Assembly: GCA_030151245.1 (NCBI GenBank)
Contig: JASLEF010000016.1
Location: 1 to 58,077 of the forward strand
DNA length: 58,077 nt
Source of the DNA: Ignatzschineria sp.
GTDB lineage: Bacteria; Pseudomonadota; Gammaproteobacteria; Cardiobacteriales; Wohlfahrtiimonadaceae
Direction: 5' to 3'
Part shown: positions 11,645 through 22,325 of the stretch, in pieces
How positions within the stretch are numbered: the first letter of the stretch is position 1
Layout: each line of letters starts with the position of its first letter
Translations under genes and position numbers: made by a program
The notes under the pieces: model-generated
The model's input: the letters and a program-made list of their open reading frames with translations, nothing else
What the model was told of the DNA's origin: nothing
Databases searched by the model: none

Positions 11645-12964
11645 ATGTTAGAGAAACTATTCAAACTGAAAGCCCATAATACGACTGTTCGCACAGAAAT
11701 ATTTGCTGGGATTACCACTTTCTTAACGATGTCTTACATCATCTTTGTAAACCCTAATATTTTAGGGAATACGGGTATGAATATAGATGCAATTTTTATG
11801 GCAACTTGTATCGCAGCTGCAATCGGAACAATTGTGATGGCATTTGCAGCAAACTATCCTGTGGGAATGGCACCGGGAATGGGGCTGAATGCATTCTTTG
11901 CATTTACCATTGCCGCCCCCGTCGCAACGGGAGGCTTTGGCTATAGCTGGCAAGAAGCTTTAGGCGCCGTATTTGTCTCGGGAGTGATCTTCTTTATACT
12001 TACCGCAACAGGTCTCCGTTCATGGATTATTGGCGGCATTCCTAAATCACTTCGAGCCGCGATTGGTGCCGGAATTGGGCTCTTCTTAGCCTTTATTGGT
12101 CTCTCTAATCCTGATGTGGGTATTATTCAAGGCAACCCAGCAACCTTGGTAAGCCTTGGGGACCTTTCATCTCCGGGGGCGCTTTATGCTATTTTAGGAT
12201 TCTTCTTAATTGTTGTTTTAGATAACTTTAAAATTCGTGGGGCAATTTTGATTAGTATCCTCTTTGTCTCTATTTTAAGCGCCATTTTAGGACATAATAC
12301 CTTTGTTGGTGTTATTTCAGCCCCTCCATCGCTGGCGCCAACATTCTTTCAATTAAGTTTTGAAAAAGTCCTGAGTGGAAGTTTTGTCCAGATCTTGATC
12401 GCATTAGTTTTAGTGGAACTCTTCGATGCGACCGGCGTTCTAATGAGCGTGGCTAAACGTGGAGGATTATTAGATGAAACAAAAGTGCCGAATGCCAAAA
12501 AACGCTTCAATCGCGCACTTTTTGCAGATAGTACTGCAATCCTCTCAGGGAGTTTACTTGGGACTAGCTCAGTAACGGCTTATGTGGAAAGTAACTCCGG
12601 TGTTCAAGCAGGTGGGCGTACAGGATTAACGGCTCTGGCAATTGCAGCTTGTTTTATTCTTGCAATCTTCTTTTCACCTTTAGCAGCATCCATTCCAGCT
12701 TATGCAACAGCGCCGGCACTAGTCTACATTGCCGGTTTAATGCTTCGTGAATTGACAGAAGTAGATTGGGACTCACCAACAGACTCCATCCCTGCCGCTC
12801 TCTTGGTATTAGGAATCCCTTTTACCTATTCGATTGCCGAAGGATTTGCTTTTGGATTTATCAGCTTCGCAGCCTTAAAAATGGGAACAGGAAAGTTCCG
12901 TGATATTCACCCGGCAACATATATCATTGCATTCCTATTTTTACTTAAATTTGCACTTTTCTAA
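11645..12964 (+). CDS. NCS2 family purine permease (AzgA/AdeP-like)
   Basis: AGITTFLTMSYIIFVNP, APGMGLNAFF, FDATG, YVES, GGRTGLTA. Confidence 0.92.
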   Translation: MLEKLFKLKAHNTTVRTEIFAGITTFLTMSYIIFVNPNILGNTGMNIDAIFMATCIAAAIGTIVMAFAANYPVGMAPGMGLNAFFAFTIAAPVATGGFGYSWQEALGAVFVSGVIFFILTATGLRSWIIGGIPKSLRAAIGAGIGLFLAFIGLSNPDVGIIQGNPATLVSLGDLSSPGALYAILGFFLIVVLDNFKIRGAILISILFVSILSAILGHNTFVGVISAPPSLAPTFFQLSFEKVLSGSFVQILIALVLVELFDATGVLMSVAKRGGLLDETKVPNAKKRFNRALFADSTAILSGSLLGTSSVTAYVESNSGVQAGGRTGLTALAIAACFILAIFFSPLAASIPAYATAPALVYIAGLMLRELTEVDWDSPTDSIPAALLVLGIPFTYSIAEGFAFGFISFAALKMGTGKFRDIHPATYIIAFLFLLKFALF

Positions 12965-12992
12965 TCAAAAAAGCTTTAAAATTTAGAGTACT

Positions 12993-13029
12993 AACGCCAT
13001 ATTGTCACCTTTAGTCAATATGGCGTTTT
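12993..13029 (+). terminator. Terminator after NCS2 permease
   Basis: 12-bp stem AACGCCATATTG / CAATATGGCGTT with short T tail. Confidence 0.7.
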
Positions 13030-13059
13030 CAAGATAACGAGGAGAATACCAAAGGATTT

Positions 13060-15123
13060 ATGAATCATTTTATTACCGCAACTTATCGATTCTTCTTTAG
13101 CAGTGATTTTGCAATGGGTGTCAAAATGGCGCTTGGCATCTTTATTCCTGTTGCGATTCTTTATTGCTTTAATATTCCTCTCGAAATCTTAATGATTGCC
13201 GGCTATGGTAGTCTAACCATGTCCATTGCGGATCAAACAGGCACCTTAAAACATAAGCGTAATGAGATGTTTGGCACCTTTATCGCCATCGTTCTCATTA
13301 CGCTGCTTTTTATCTTTCAAACACCTGGATTACATCCCTTAAAAATCCTATCACTATCAGCCATCTCTTTTGTCGTGGCTTTTATTTATGCTTTTAGAGC
13401 CAAGTTTATTGCTCTTGGTTTTATTGTGGGATTTACAGCGCTTTTAGCGGCATCTAATACCGCGGCAACCCCTTTCGTTTATCTTGCCTATTTCTGTTTT
13501 GGAGCACTCTTTTACTTCTCCTTTAGTATGATTGTGACCAAGATTTTTGAAATCTATATTATTCGACAAAATCTTTCCGGTATCTATTTTCATCTTTCAC
13601 ACTACCTTAAAGCACTCTCTAAATGTTATCGTCAAAATGTTGATATTGAGAAAGAGTTCAAAAACTTTATTAACTCTCAAACCGAATTATTAGAAGAGTT
13701 ACAACTTATGCGAGATCTGCTATTTCGCATGGATTACCAGAAAGATCATCGCCTCAATCAGATGATTAATGAGCTCTTACTACTTGTAGAAACGCGAGAG
13801 ATAGCAACGATCCCGCTACAAGATTTTATCGTTATTCGTGAAATGTATCCTAATAGTGACCTACAAATATTCTTTCGTGACAGTTTTTCAAAAGCAGGAA
13901 GTAATCTCGAGGAGATGGGTATGTACTCTCTTCGTGCGGGGGATATGCTAAAACGTCTCGGCTTTAAAGCTGAGCTTCGCGCACTTGAATATGAATTAGA
14001 ACTATTAAGAAGACAAGAGCTTGAAGGCGAGGCTTTAGAAGCTTATCAAATCGTAGCCAACCACTTTCGGAAAGTATGGTCACTCTCCCGAAATCTTGAA
14101 CGTATTCGTACATTCTTAGTAGATGATATTGAATTAGAAGAGACTTTCCCGAGACATAAACTTAAAAAATTCCTATCGCACTCTTACTGGTCAAATGATT
14201 ACATCACTCAAAACTTAACACTGAAATCGCCGGTACTCCGTTTTGCAATTCGTTCATCGATGGCCATGTTTTTTGCCCTAACACTTGTCAGTATGACTGA
14301 TTTCCTCTCTCATGGGTTCTGGATCGCCTTTACCTTACTAAGTCTAATGCGCCCCGGATTTAGCCTTACTAAAGAGCGAAGTCGTAATCGAATTATAGGT
14401 ACCATCATTGGCTGTTTAATTGGGGGAATCTTAATCTCTATGGAGATTTCAACCTTAGGATTACTGACAATTTTATTTGTTTCTGTCATCCTCAACAATG
14501 GTTTAATTAGAATTCATAACCCTTTGAGTGTGACATTTACAACGGTATATGTCCTTATTTTACTCAATATCAGCAAGGATCTGTCAACCCTACAGGGTTT
14601 TTCTGTCTCCTTAGAAAGGATTATAGATACGATCCTTGCAGCGGTCATTGCTCTTGGGTTTAGTCATGTTCTCCCTAGTTGGGAAAAGGTCAATTTACCT
14701 AAGTTAATTGAAACGGCGAGAGAAAACCTTTATAACATCATGCTAGAAATAGAGAAGTGGAAAATTCTAAAAATCTCCGATGATGATGCTGATCTTAAAT
14801 TTGCGCTTAGAACCGCACAAGCTTCTATCGTTTCGCTCTCTAACTCTCTAGAAAGAATGAAAGATGAACCTGAAAAAAATCAGCAGCATAACATTTCAGA
14901 GATCAATGATGAACTTATCGAGATGCAATCCGTCTTCTCGCAGCTCTCTTATTTAGCAAGCCTTATCGAAAATTCAAATACCGATAATATTGAGGAGTTT
15001 AATGAGATATTTCAGCTGATTAAATTACGTATGAATCCTGCAATACATTATCAAAGATCTCATCTTCCTCCTTTCATGATGTTGGAATTAAAACCCCTAA
15101 TTTGGCTTGTAGAGCCAAAATAA
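13060..15123 (+). CDS. FUSC family (YccS/YhfK-like) membrane protein
   Basis: Two hydrophobic blocks around a soluble region; LRFAIR, HGFWI, RP...R...RIIGTIIG, LERIIDT. Confidence 0.85.
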   Translation: MNHFITATYRFFFSSDFAMGVKMALGIFIPVAILYCFNIPLEILMIAGYGSLTMSIADQTGTLKHKRNEMFGTFIAIVLITLLFIFQTPGLHPLKILSLSAISFVVAFIYAFRAKFIALGFIVGFTALLAASNTAATPFVYLAYFCFGALFYFSFSMIVTKIFEIYIIRQNLSGIYFHLSHYLKALSKCYRQNVDIEKEFKNFINSQTELLEELQLMRDLLFRMDYQKDHRLNQMINELLLLVETREIATIPLQDFIVIREMYPNSDLQIFFRDSFSKAGSNLEEMGMYSLRAGDMLKRLGFKAELRALEYELELLRRQELEGEALEAYQIVANHFRKVWSLSRNLERIRTFLVDDIELEETFPRHKLKKFLSHSYWSNDYITQNLTLKSPVLRFAIRSSMAMFFALTLVSMTDFLSHGFWIAFTLLSLMRPGFSLTKERSRNRIIGTIIGCLIGGILISMEISTLGLLTILFVSVILNNGLIRIHNPLSVTFTTVYVLILLNISKDLSTLQGFSVSLERIIDTILAAVIALGFSHVLPSWEKVNLPKLIETARENLYNIMLEIEKWKILKISDDDADLKFALRTAQASIVSLSNSLERMKDEPEKNQQHNISEINDELIEMQSVFSQLSYLASLIENSNTDNIEEFNEIFQLIKLRMNPAIHYQRSHLPPFMMLELKPLIWLVEPK

Positions 15124-15191
15124 TTTGGCTTTTAGGGTTTAAAAATCGTAAGATGACAGAAGCATTATTCAAATTTTAGGTATTAACAACT

Positions 15192-15689
15192 ATGTACCAA
15201 TTTCTAGGTGAATATGAGTTGAAAGTCGACACGAAAAATCGTGTTGCGCTTCCTGCTGCGCTTAGAAAGCAATTTGATGATGATATGAATCACTTTGTCA
15301 TTAGCCGTGCATTAGATAAATGCTTAAACTTCTACCCCATTGATGCTTGGCGCGAGGTAGAAGCTGAACTGAATAAGCTCAATCCTTTTGTTAAAAAGGA
15401 ACGAGAGTTTGCGCGTTTTGTCCGTGGGGGAGCCACAGAGATTATCTTAGATGCCCAAGGAAGAATGGTCCTCCCTAAACGGCTAATGGGTTACGCTAGT
15501 ATTAGTTCTGATTTGATTCTTCTTGGCAATGGCAATCTCTTTGAAATGTGGGATCTTGCGACTTATGAAGAGATGTTAGCTATTGATCCTGAGGACTTCT
15601 CTCAATTAGCGGAAGAAGTCATGAGATTTGAAGAGGAAGAGATGCCTATTTTAGATCCCGCCATTGTTGTTCCTTTAGCAAGAAGCTAA
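15192..15689 (+). CDS. mraZ: Transcriptional regulator MraZ
   Basis: Duplicated D-x-x-x-R motif (DTKNR, DAQGR), FLGEY start, EMWD. Confidence 0.9.
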   Translation: MYQFLGEYELKVDTKNRVALPAALRKQFDDDMNHFVISRALDKCLNFYPIDAWREVEAELNKLNPFVKKEREFARFVRGGATEIILDAQGRMVLPKRLMGYASISSDLILLGNGNLFEMWDLATYEEMLAIDPEDFSQLAEEVMRFEEEEMPILDPAIVVPLARS

Positions 15690-15706
15690 TAAATTAGGAG
15701 ATTAAA

Positions 15707-16525
15707 ATGCTACGCATTGGCCTGATTGATTCCGGCATTGGGGGATTTTCAATACTCAATGCCTTTTTAAAAGCTCCTATCACACAAGATACTCAATTTT
15801 ACTATATTGCAGATTCAGGACACCTTCCCTACGGTTTAAAAACAGATGAGTACATTCATCAACGAATGTTTTCTCTGACAAACTTTCTACAAAAACTTCA
15901 TATCGATGCCCTTGTTATCGCTTGCAATACTGCTACAGCAGTTAGTGCTCAGCGATTACGAGAACAATTTCCCACACTTCCTGTGATAGGGACTGAGCCT
16001 GCGATTAAACCAGCAGCGCAGGCTACACATACAGGACATATTGCTGTTGCAGCAACACAATCAACGCTCAATAGCCAACGGCTTAACCGTCTAATAGAAC
16101 GCTTTGCAAGTCAGTGCACCGTACATAAAATCGTAGGAACCTCTTGGGTTGAGTTGGTTGAAGCGCAACATATCACGCCGACTTCAAATATTGAAGTATT
16201 ATTACCGACTTTAAAGCCTTTTCAAGATTACCCCATAGATCAATTAATCTTAGGCTGCACCCACTTTCCTTTTTTAACGCCCGCACTCGATCATCTCTTG
16301 CCATCATCCGTGACCATTATTGACCCCGCTCCTTCAATCGTTCAAGAGTGTTACAATCGCCTTTCTTACTCATTTCTAAATCAGAATGATCACTTCCCAT
16401 TAGTAGCATCCCCTGTGATTGAAGTTCATCTCTTGACAACAGGAGATTTAGAATCCTTCACGGAACAAGCATCGCTCCTTCATCCTGAAAAATATAGCTT
16501 ATCCATCAAGAAAATCAAAGCTTAA
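15707..16525 (+). CDS. murI: Glutamate racemase
   Basis: DSGIGG, PYG, IACNTA, EPAIKPA, LGCTHFP; AGGAG RBS. Confidence 0.95.
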   Translation: MLRIGLIDSGIGGFSILNAFLKAPITQDTQFYYIADSGHLPYGLKTDEYIHQRMFSLTNFLQKLHIDALVIACNTATAVSAQRLREQFPTLPVIGTEPAIKPAAQATHTGHIAVAATQSTLNSQRLNRLIERFASQCTVHKIVGTSWVELVEAQHITPTSNIEVLLPTLKPFQDYPIDQLILGCTHFPFLTPALDHLLPSSVTIIDPAPSIVQECYNRLSYSFLNQNDHFPLVASPVIEVHLLTTGDLESFTEQASLLHPEKYSLSIKKIKA

Positions 16526-16638
16526 CCCATTGTAAGAGTTGTGTTAGAATCATTCTCTAACGTAAATTTATACAACCAGATAGGATCATTCTTCTGATCA
16601 TATTTGCTCATTGATTTTTCAATCAGGGTGTAGAACAT

Positions 16639-17172
16639 ATGAACAAACTTTTTAAAGCTTCTATGATTTTAGGCGCAGCAGCTGTTATTGCAGCTTGCGG
16701 GGAATCTATAAAAAAAATAGAGCCAACAAATCAACTATTTTCCATGGATATTAGCTCTGAATTCCAAGATGTGATGGATAAACGGGACGTGATTACCGCA
16801 ACACGTTTAGAAGGTACGCCGGTTGAAAATATCACCCTCTTACAAGCAAAAAATGGAGATATCTCTAAAGATCTTCTTTATGCTGTGAGCTTAGATCTTC
16901 CGGAAGGTATTACAATTACCCTCAAAGAGTTTGAAGAAGTGATGAATGAGCAGATGGAAGCGATCAATGAAATTATTGATTTTAAGGTCTCTCCTGTGAA
17001 AGGTAGTGATACACAAATTACCTATATCGCAGAAACAGTAGATAATGGTCAACCTTATTATGAGCATTGCAAGATTGCAGTAGAAAAGACTATTACCACG
17101 ATCTGTATTGGCACAACTAAAGATCAGAAAGGCGCCCAAACAGCTATTGATAGTGTTACTTTCACACAATAA
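16639..17172 (+). CDS. Hypothetical lipoprotein
   Basis: Signal peptide with lipobox IAA|C at residue 20; own terminator. Confidence 0.75.
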   Translation: MNKLFKASMILGAAAVIAACGESIKKIEPTNQLFSMDISSEFQDVMDKRDVITATRLEGTPVENITLLQAKNGDISKDLLYAVSLDLPEGITITLKEFEEVMNEQMEAINEIIDFKVSPVKGSDTQITYIAETVDNGQPYYEHCKIAVEKTITTICIGTTKDQKGAQTAIDSVTFTQ

Positions 17173-17210
17173 AAATCCTTTCAATAAAAATTCTCATAAC
17201 TTTCAAAGCG

Positions 17211-17235
17211 AAAAGAGTGCCTTGCACTCTTTTTT
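17211..17235 (+). terminator. Intrinsic terminator after lipoprotein gene
   Basis: AAAAGAGTGC-CTT-GCACTCTTTT followed by TT. Confidence 0.8.
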
Positions 17236-17421
17236 GCATTATTAATTCACATAGAGAAATTTAAATACATTTTAAAATGCGACTAATCTTTATAAAGATT
17301 GCATCTTATACCCCAGTAAGATGATACACTTCATTGAAATTTAAAAAATATAAAATCCTTAAAAGCTATGATCTTAGAGGATTTCTACAATATCTCTGTA
17401 TTATAAAAATGAAAGGTAGCC

Positions 17422-19983
17422 ATGCCATTTTCTTATAAAAGTGACCATCAAATTTATCGTTTAGATTATCAAGCCCCCTGCTTTAAAGTTCATAATTATG
17501 AGTTAGTGATTGAATTAGATCCACTCAATACAAAAATCTCTACCCAATTTGATATTGAGTTTATCGAAGGGGTCTCTGCGCCTTTTGAAGTCAAACTTCA
17601 TGGCTCTAATGAGTTAATACTGGAAGAAATTTTAATTGATGGAGAGCAACTTGATCCTTCAGAGTATCTCTTTAATCAAAATGATCTGCTCTTAATTTTA
17701 ACGTCCAATCAGCACTCTATTGAGATAGTTAATCGCATTAATCCCCAATCAAACACGGAACTTAGCGGCATTTATCTCTCTAACCAAATGTTCTTTAGTG
17801 ATTGTGAACCCCAAGGCTTTCGCAATATTACCTATTTCTTTGATCGCCCCGATATCATGACTAATTATCGGGTCACCTTAATTGCTGATCAAAAGTATCC
17901 AACACTTCTCTCTAATGGAAATTTAGTCGAAGAAGGATATTGCGATGATTCAAAACATTATGCTATTTGGGAAGATCCTTTTCCTAAGCCCACCTATCTT
18001 TTTGCGATTGTTGCCGGCAATCTTGAATTTATTCAAGACCATCATATCCGGCCAGATGGAACCGCTGTTCGCTTAAGAGTATATGCCGATAAAAAAGATA
18101 TCCATCGCTGTCAATTTGCATTAGACTCTCTCAAAAAAGCAATGAAATGGGATGAAGAGCGCTTTGGCTTAATTTGCGATCTTGATTATTATAATTTAGT
18201 TGCTGTTGATGATTTCAATAGTGGCGCCATGGAAAACAAAGGGCTAAACCTCTTTAACACCAGTTGTATTCTTGCGACGCCTGAAACTGCTACCGATACT
18301 GAGTTTAACTTTGTAGAAGCTGTCGTCGGTCATGAATATTTCCATAACTGGACAGGTAATCGTATTACTTGTCAAGATTGGTTTAATCTCTCATTAAAAG
18401 AGGGATTAACCGTCTTTCGTGAACAAGAGTTTATCGCCCAAGAGCAGCATCCGGGTATTAGACGTATTGAAGATGTTAATTTTTTAAGAACTTATCAATT
18501 TCCCTATGATCAAGGGCCTCTTTCCCATGCTGTCAGACCTGATATTGTAGGATCTATTGAAAATATCTATACAACCACAACCTATGAAAAAGGCGCTGAA
18601 ATTATTAGGCTCTATCAAACAATTCTTGGCAAGGAAGGGTTTAATAGAGGTTTTCAACGCTACGTTAATGAATATGATGGGATGGCCGTGACGGTTGATG
18701 ATCTTTATGCCGCAATGAAGGCTGAAAATCCTCGTCTCTTTGATAACTTTCCACTTTGGTATCATCAGCGCGGGACACCTATTCTTAAAGCTGCGACAGA
18801 GTATTATTCGGATAAAAAAGAGCTTCGCCTCTCTTTAAAGCAATACCTTTATGATCCTGTGTCAAAAGTATTGCAGCAACCTATGCCAATTCCTGTCAAA
18901 TATGCGCTATTCTCTCAATCGGGTGAATTGCTGTTAGAAGAGACCTTTACTTTAACAACCGATCAACAATGCTTAGTATTTCACAATATTGATGAGATTC
19001 CTGTCATATCATTATTAAGAGATTTTTCAGCACCTGTGATTTTAGAGTACAACTACTCTTTAGCAGAACTTAAAACTCTCATTGCTTATGAAACTGATTA
19101 TTTTGCAAAATGGGAAGCCTTGCAAAACTTGGTCATTAAAGTGATCTTCTCAAAAGAACTCTCCGCAGAGCAAATGGCGCAAGTGATTGCCGATGCTTTT
19201 GCACCTCTGTTCCAGTTTGCCTATGAAGACCCAGCCTTTTGCGCACAACTCTTAACTTTTGCAGATGATGGCTACTATTTGGGACTGATGGAGACGGAGA
19301 ATATTCTCTACTTACAAAAAGTTCGCACGACAATTGATACTCATATCGCAACACGTTTTAAAGAGGAATGGTTGAAGCTATATCACGATTTTCAAGATGA
19401 TCATATTCATTCTAGAGCCATTAAAAATATTGCCTTACAGTTTCTCTCAACCTTACCGGAGTATCACGCTCTTATCACCACACAATATAAAAATGCCACT
19501 CATATGACCGATATTAGTGCTGCCCTAAAGTGTGCTGTATGGCAAGATATTCCCCAGAAAGACCTGATGCTTCATGATTATTACGAGAGATACCAAAACT
19601 ATCCGACCTTAATTGACCGCTGGTTCGGACTTCAAGAACGTAACCCTCATCTTACGATGGAAGCTTTAACCAAAATTATCAATCATCCCGGCTTTAATCG
19701 TCATAATCCTAATAGAGCCAGGGCTATTGTCGGTGCTATTGGCCGAAATCGTTACGCTTTAGCAATCATTGGAGCTCCCCTATATCAATGGATTGCCAAT
19801 GAAATTCTTATTATTGATAAGATCAATTCTGTCACCGCAGCAAGATTAGTAACACCTTTTACCAAGCTTGCAAGATTGCCCGAACCATTGCAAACAGAGG
19901 TCTCTACGATCATCAATAATATGATGAAGACTCCGAATATTTCTAATAATTTGTTTGATCAATTAAAAAGGATACTACAATGA
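17422..19983 (+). CDS. pepN: Aminopeptidase N (M1 family)
   Basis: GAMENKGLN, HEYFH...E zinc motif, YEKGAE, NPNR. Confidence 0.95.
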   Translation: MPFSYKSDHQIYRLDYQAPCFKVHNYELVIELDPLNTKISTQFDIEFIEGVSAPFEVKLHGSNELILEEILIDGEQLDPSEYLFNQNDLLLILTSNQHSIEIVNRINPQSNTELSGIYLSNQMFFSDCEPQGFRNITYFFDRPDIMTNYRVTLIADQKYPTLLSNGNLVEEGYCDDSKHYAIWEDPFPKPTYLFAIVAGNLEFIQDHHIRPDGTAVRLRVYADKKDIHRCQFALDSLKKAMKWDEERFGLICDLDYYNLVAVDDFNSGAMENKGLNLFNTSCILATPETATDTEFNFVEAVVGHEYFHNWTGNRITCQDWFNLSLKEGLTVFREQEFIAQEQHPGIRRIEDVNFLRTYQFPYDQGPLSHAVRPDIVGSIENIYTTTTYEKGAEIIRLYQTILGKEGFNRGFQRYVNEYDGMAVTVDDLYAAMKAENPRLFDNFPLWYHQRGTPILKAATEYYSDKKELRLSLKQYLYDPVSKVLQQPMPIPVKYALFSQSGELLLEETFTLTTDQQCLVFHNIDEIPVISLLRDFSAPVILEYNYSLAELKTLIAYETDYFAKWEALQNLVIKVIFSKELSAEQMAQVIADAFAPLFQFAYEDPAFCAQLLTFADDGYYLGLMETENILYLQKVRTTIDTHIATRFKEEWLKLYHDFQDDHIHSRAIKNIALQFLSTLPEYHALITTQYKNATHMTDISAALKCAVWQDIPQKDLMLHDYYERYQNYPTLIDRWFGLQERNPHLTMEALTKIINHPGFNRHNPNRARAIVGAIGRNRYALAIIGAPLYQWIANEILIIDKINSVTAARLVTPFTKLARLPEPLQTEVSTIINNMMKTPNISNNLFDQLKRILQ

Positions 19984-20528
19984 ATCAATTCGCCGATCTC
20001 GTTCAAAACCGCCGTACTATTCATCACTTTAAACCTGATGCCGTACCTTATGAATTGATTGAAAAGGCCCTCAATTTAACCGTTTTTGCGCCTAATCATC
20101 ATCATACACAACCTTGTCGTTTTTATCTTTTAGGGAAAAATACGAAAACAAGATTCTTACAATATGCCGAGCAAGAATTTTCTAATCGTGATGCGCAAAC
20201 AGCTGAAAAAAAACTTCAGCGCTGGAAAACAATTCCAGGATGGGTATTAGTCACACGAAAAGTACAAGATGATGAAAAAACAGCTCATGAAGATTATGCA
20301 ACGCTTAGCATCGCGCTCTATATCATGATGCAATCATTAACAAATGATGGCATTGGTAGCAAATGGTCAACAGGATCACTTCTATTTAAAGATGAGGTTT
20401 ACCCTATTTTTAACATTGACCCTAAAAAAGAAGTTATTGAAGGATTATTTTGGTATGGTTACCCTGATAAAACCCCACTACCTTTCCCCAAGCCGACTTA
20501 TACAGACTTTGTAAAAGAATTAGAATAA
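19980..20528 (+). CDS. Nitroreductase family protein (YdjA-like)
   Basis: RRTIHHF, APNHHHTQPCRF, GIGSKWSTG, YGYP; ATGA overlap with pepN. Confidence 0.85.
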   Translation: MNQFADLVQNRRTIHHFKPDAVPYELIEKALNLTVFAPNHHHTQPCRFYLLGKNTKTRFLQYAEQEFSNRDAQTAEKKLQRWKTIPGWVLVTRKVQDDEKTAHEDYATLSIALYIMMQSLTNDGIGSKWSTGSLLFKDEVYPIFNIDPKKEVIEGLFWYGYPDKTPLPFPKPTYTDFVKELE

Positions 20529-20990
20529 ATGAGCATCTCCCATATCCCTACATTAGGAAAAATAACCGCAGATCAGACCTTAGAGATTGTTCTAGGGTTT
20601 GATTTTGGGACGAAGAATCTAGGTATTGCTGTTGGTAATCTCCTCACAGAGACCGCCCAACCTATCTCAATCCTTAAAGTGACTAACAATCAACCGAATT
20701 GGGATGAGATCCAAAAAATCCTCACCGATTGGCAACCCGATGCATTGATTGTTGGCATGCCATATACCCAAGATGGCACCGAAACAGAACACATTAAGAT
20801 TATCCGCAAGTTTATGAATCGATTGCATGGTCGCTTTGGCTTACCTGTTTTCGAAATAGATGAAGCCTATAGCTCCTCACAAAGCGAGCAGTTTTTAAAA
20901 CCTTCTCAAAAAGGAAAAAAAGGAAACTTAGATGCGATTTCGGCTGCCATTATCGTTGAACGCTGGTTAAAAGGTAATATATTTAGTTAA
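20529..20990 (+). CDS. yqgF: YqgF/RuvX pre-16S rRNA nuclease
   Basis: GFDFGTKNLGIAVG, IVGMP, IDEAYSS, LDAISAAII. Confidence 0.92.
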   Translation: MSISHIPTLGKITADQTLEIVLGFDFGTKNLGIAVGNLLTETAQPISILKVTNNQPNWDEIQKILTDWQPDALIVGMPYTQDGTETEHIKIIRKFMNRLHGRFGLPVFEIDEAYSSSQSEQFLKPSQKGKKGNLDAISAAIIVERWLKGNIFS

Positions 20991-21055
20991 GATCTTGTGA
21001 GCCCAAAGATCTTGCGCTATTCTCAGACTGTATTTCTCTCATAGGACAGTCTTAT

Positions 21056-22285
21056 ATGAATGCATTATTTAAGTTTATTAGCCGTTTTAGCCTTGTACAA
21101 CAGATTATAATAGGTCTCATTCTAGGGGTTATTGTCGGCTTTCTTTTCCCGGAAAATATCGCACAATCTGTCGGTATTATTGGTGCTTTTTTTATTGGTG
21201 CATTAAAAGCTATCGCCCCCATTTTAATTTTTATTCTGATTATTGCCGCAATCTCTAATTATCAGAAACAAGATAGTGGTGGCACCATGAAAAAAGTCAT
21301 TCTCCTCTACTTAGGAGGAACATTTTTTTCGGCATTAGTCGCTGTTTCAATTAGCTTTATCTATCCCATCACGGTGCCACTAGATGTCCCCGCAGCCCAA
21401 GCACACGGACCGGCAGATATTCAAGAAGTGTTACGCACTTTATTTATGAATATGGTCGATAACCCGGTAAATGCTCTCGTGAACGCGAACTATATCGGGC
21501 TAATATCCTGGGGTATACTCTTTGGGTTTACCTTAAGAAGCACGAGTCAATCTACTCGTAATCTCTTTCAAGACTTAGCAGAACTTGTCACCAATGTCAT
21601 CAAGAAAGTGATTCTCATCGCGCCTCTTGGCGTCTTTGGATTAGTTTCTGTCACAATTGCAGAAACGGGTTTTGAAGGGATTAAGTCTTACTTGCAATTA
21701 GTCATTGTTCTTCTCATTGCTATGGCGATTGTAGCCTTTATTATCAATCCCCTACTTGTCTATTTAATGATGCGTAAAAATCCCTATCCACTCGTCTTCA
21801 AATGCATTAAAGAGAGTGGAATCACCGCTTTCTTTACCCGAAGCTCTGCGGCGAATATTCCTGTCAATATTGAGTTAAGCCGTAAACTAGGGGTTCGTGA
21901 GGAAATCTACTCAGTATCCATTCCCCTCGGAGCCACCATTAATATGGCAGGGGCTGCGGTGACCATTACGATATTTACACTTGCTGCGGTTCATACTCTC
22001 GGCATTGAAGTAGATTTTCTCTCCGCGCTGTTATTAAGCATTTTCGCAACTGTGGGGGCATGTGGAGCCTCAGGTGTTGCAGGAGGCTCGTTACTATTAA
22101 TTCCTTTAGCCTGCGCGCTCTTTAATATTGATAATGATATCGCAATGCAACTCGTCGTTGTGGGATATGTCGTAGGTGTTATTCAAGATTCTAGTGAAAC
22201 TGCCTTAAACTCGTCTACCGACGTTTTATTCACTGCTGCTGCGGATTTTTCAGCCACAAAAAAAGAGCCTAACCTCAAAAGCTAA
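21056..22285 (+). CDS. sstT: Serine/threonine transporter SstT
   Basis: ANYIGL, TAFFTRSSAANIPVN, GATINMAGAA, GASGVAGGSLLLIP, ETALNSSTD. Confidence 0.95.
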   Translation: MNALFKFISRFSLVQQIIIGLILGVIVGFLFPENIAQSVGIIGAFFIGALKAIAPILIFILIIAAISNYQKQDSGGTMKKVILLYLGGTFFSALVAVSISFIYPITVPLDVPAAQAHGPADIQEVLRTLFMNMVDNPVNALVNANYIGLISWGILFGFTLRSTSQSTRNLFQDLAELVTNVIKKVILIAPLGVFGLVSVTIAETGFEGIKSYLQLVIVLLIAMAIVAFIINPLLVYLMMRKNPYPLVFKCIKESGITAFFTRSSAANIPVNIELSRKLGVREEIYSVSIPLGATINMAGAAVTITIFTLAAVHTLGIEVDFLSALLLSIFATVGACGASGVAGGSLLLIPLACALFNIDNDIAMQLVVVGYVVGVIQDSSETALNSSTDVLFTAAADFSATKKEPNLKS

Positions 22286-22325
22286 GCTCTCAATTGTAGA
22301 AAACTTTTACTGCCAAATACGCTAC

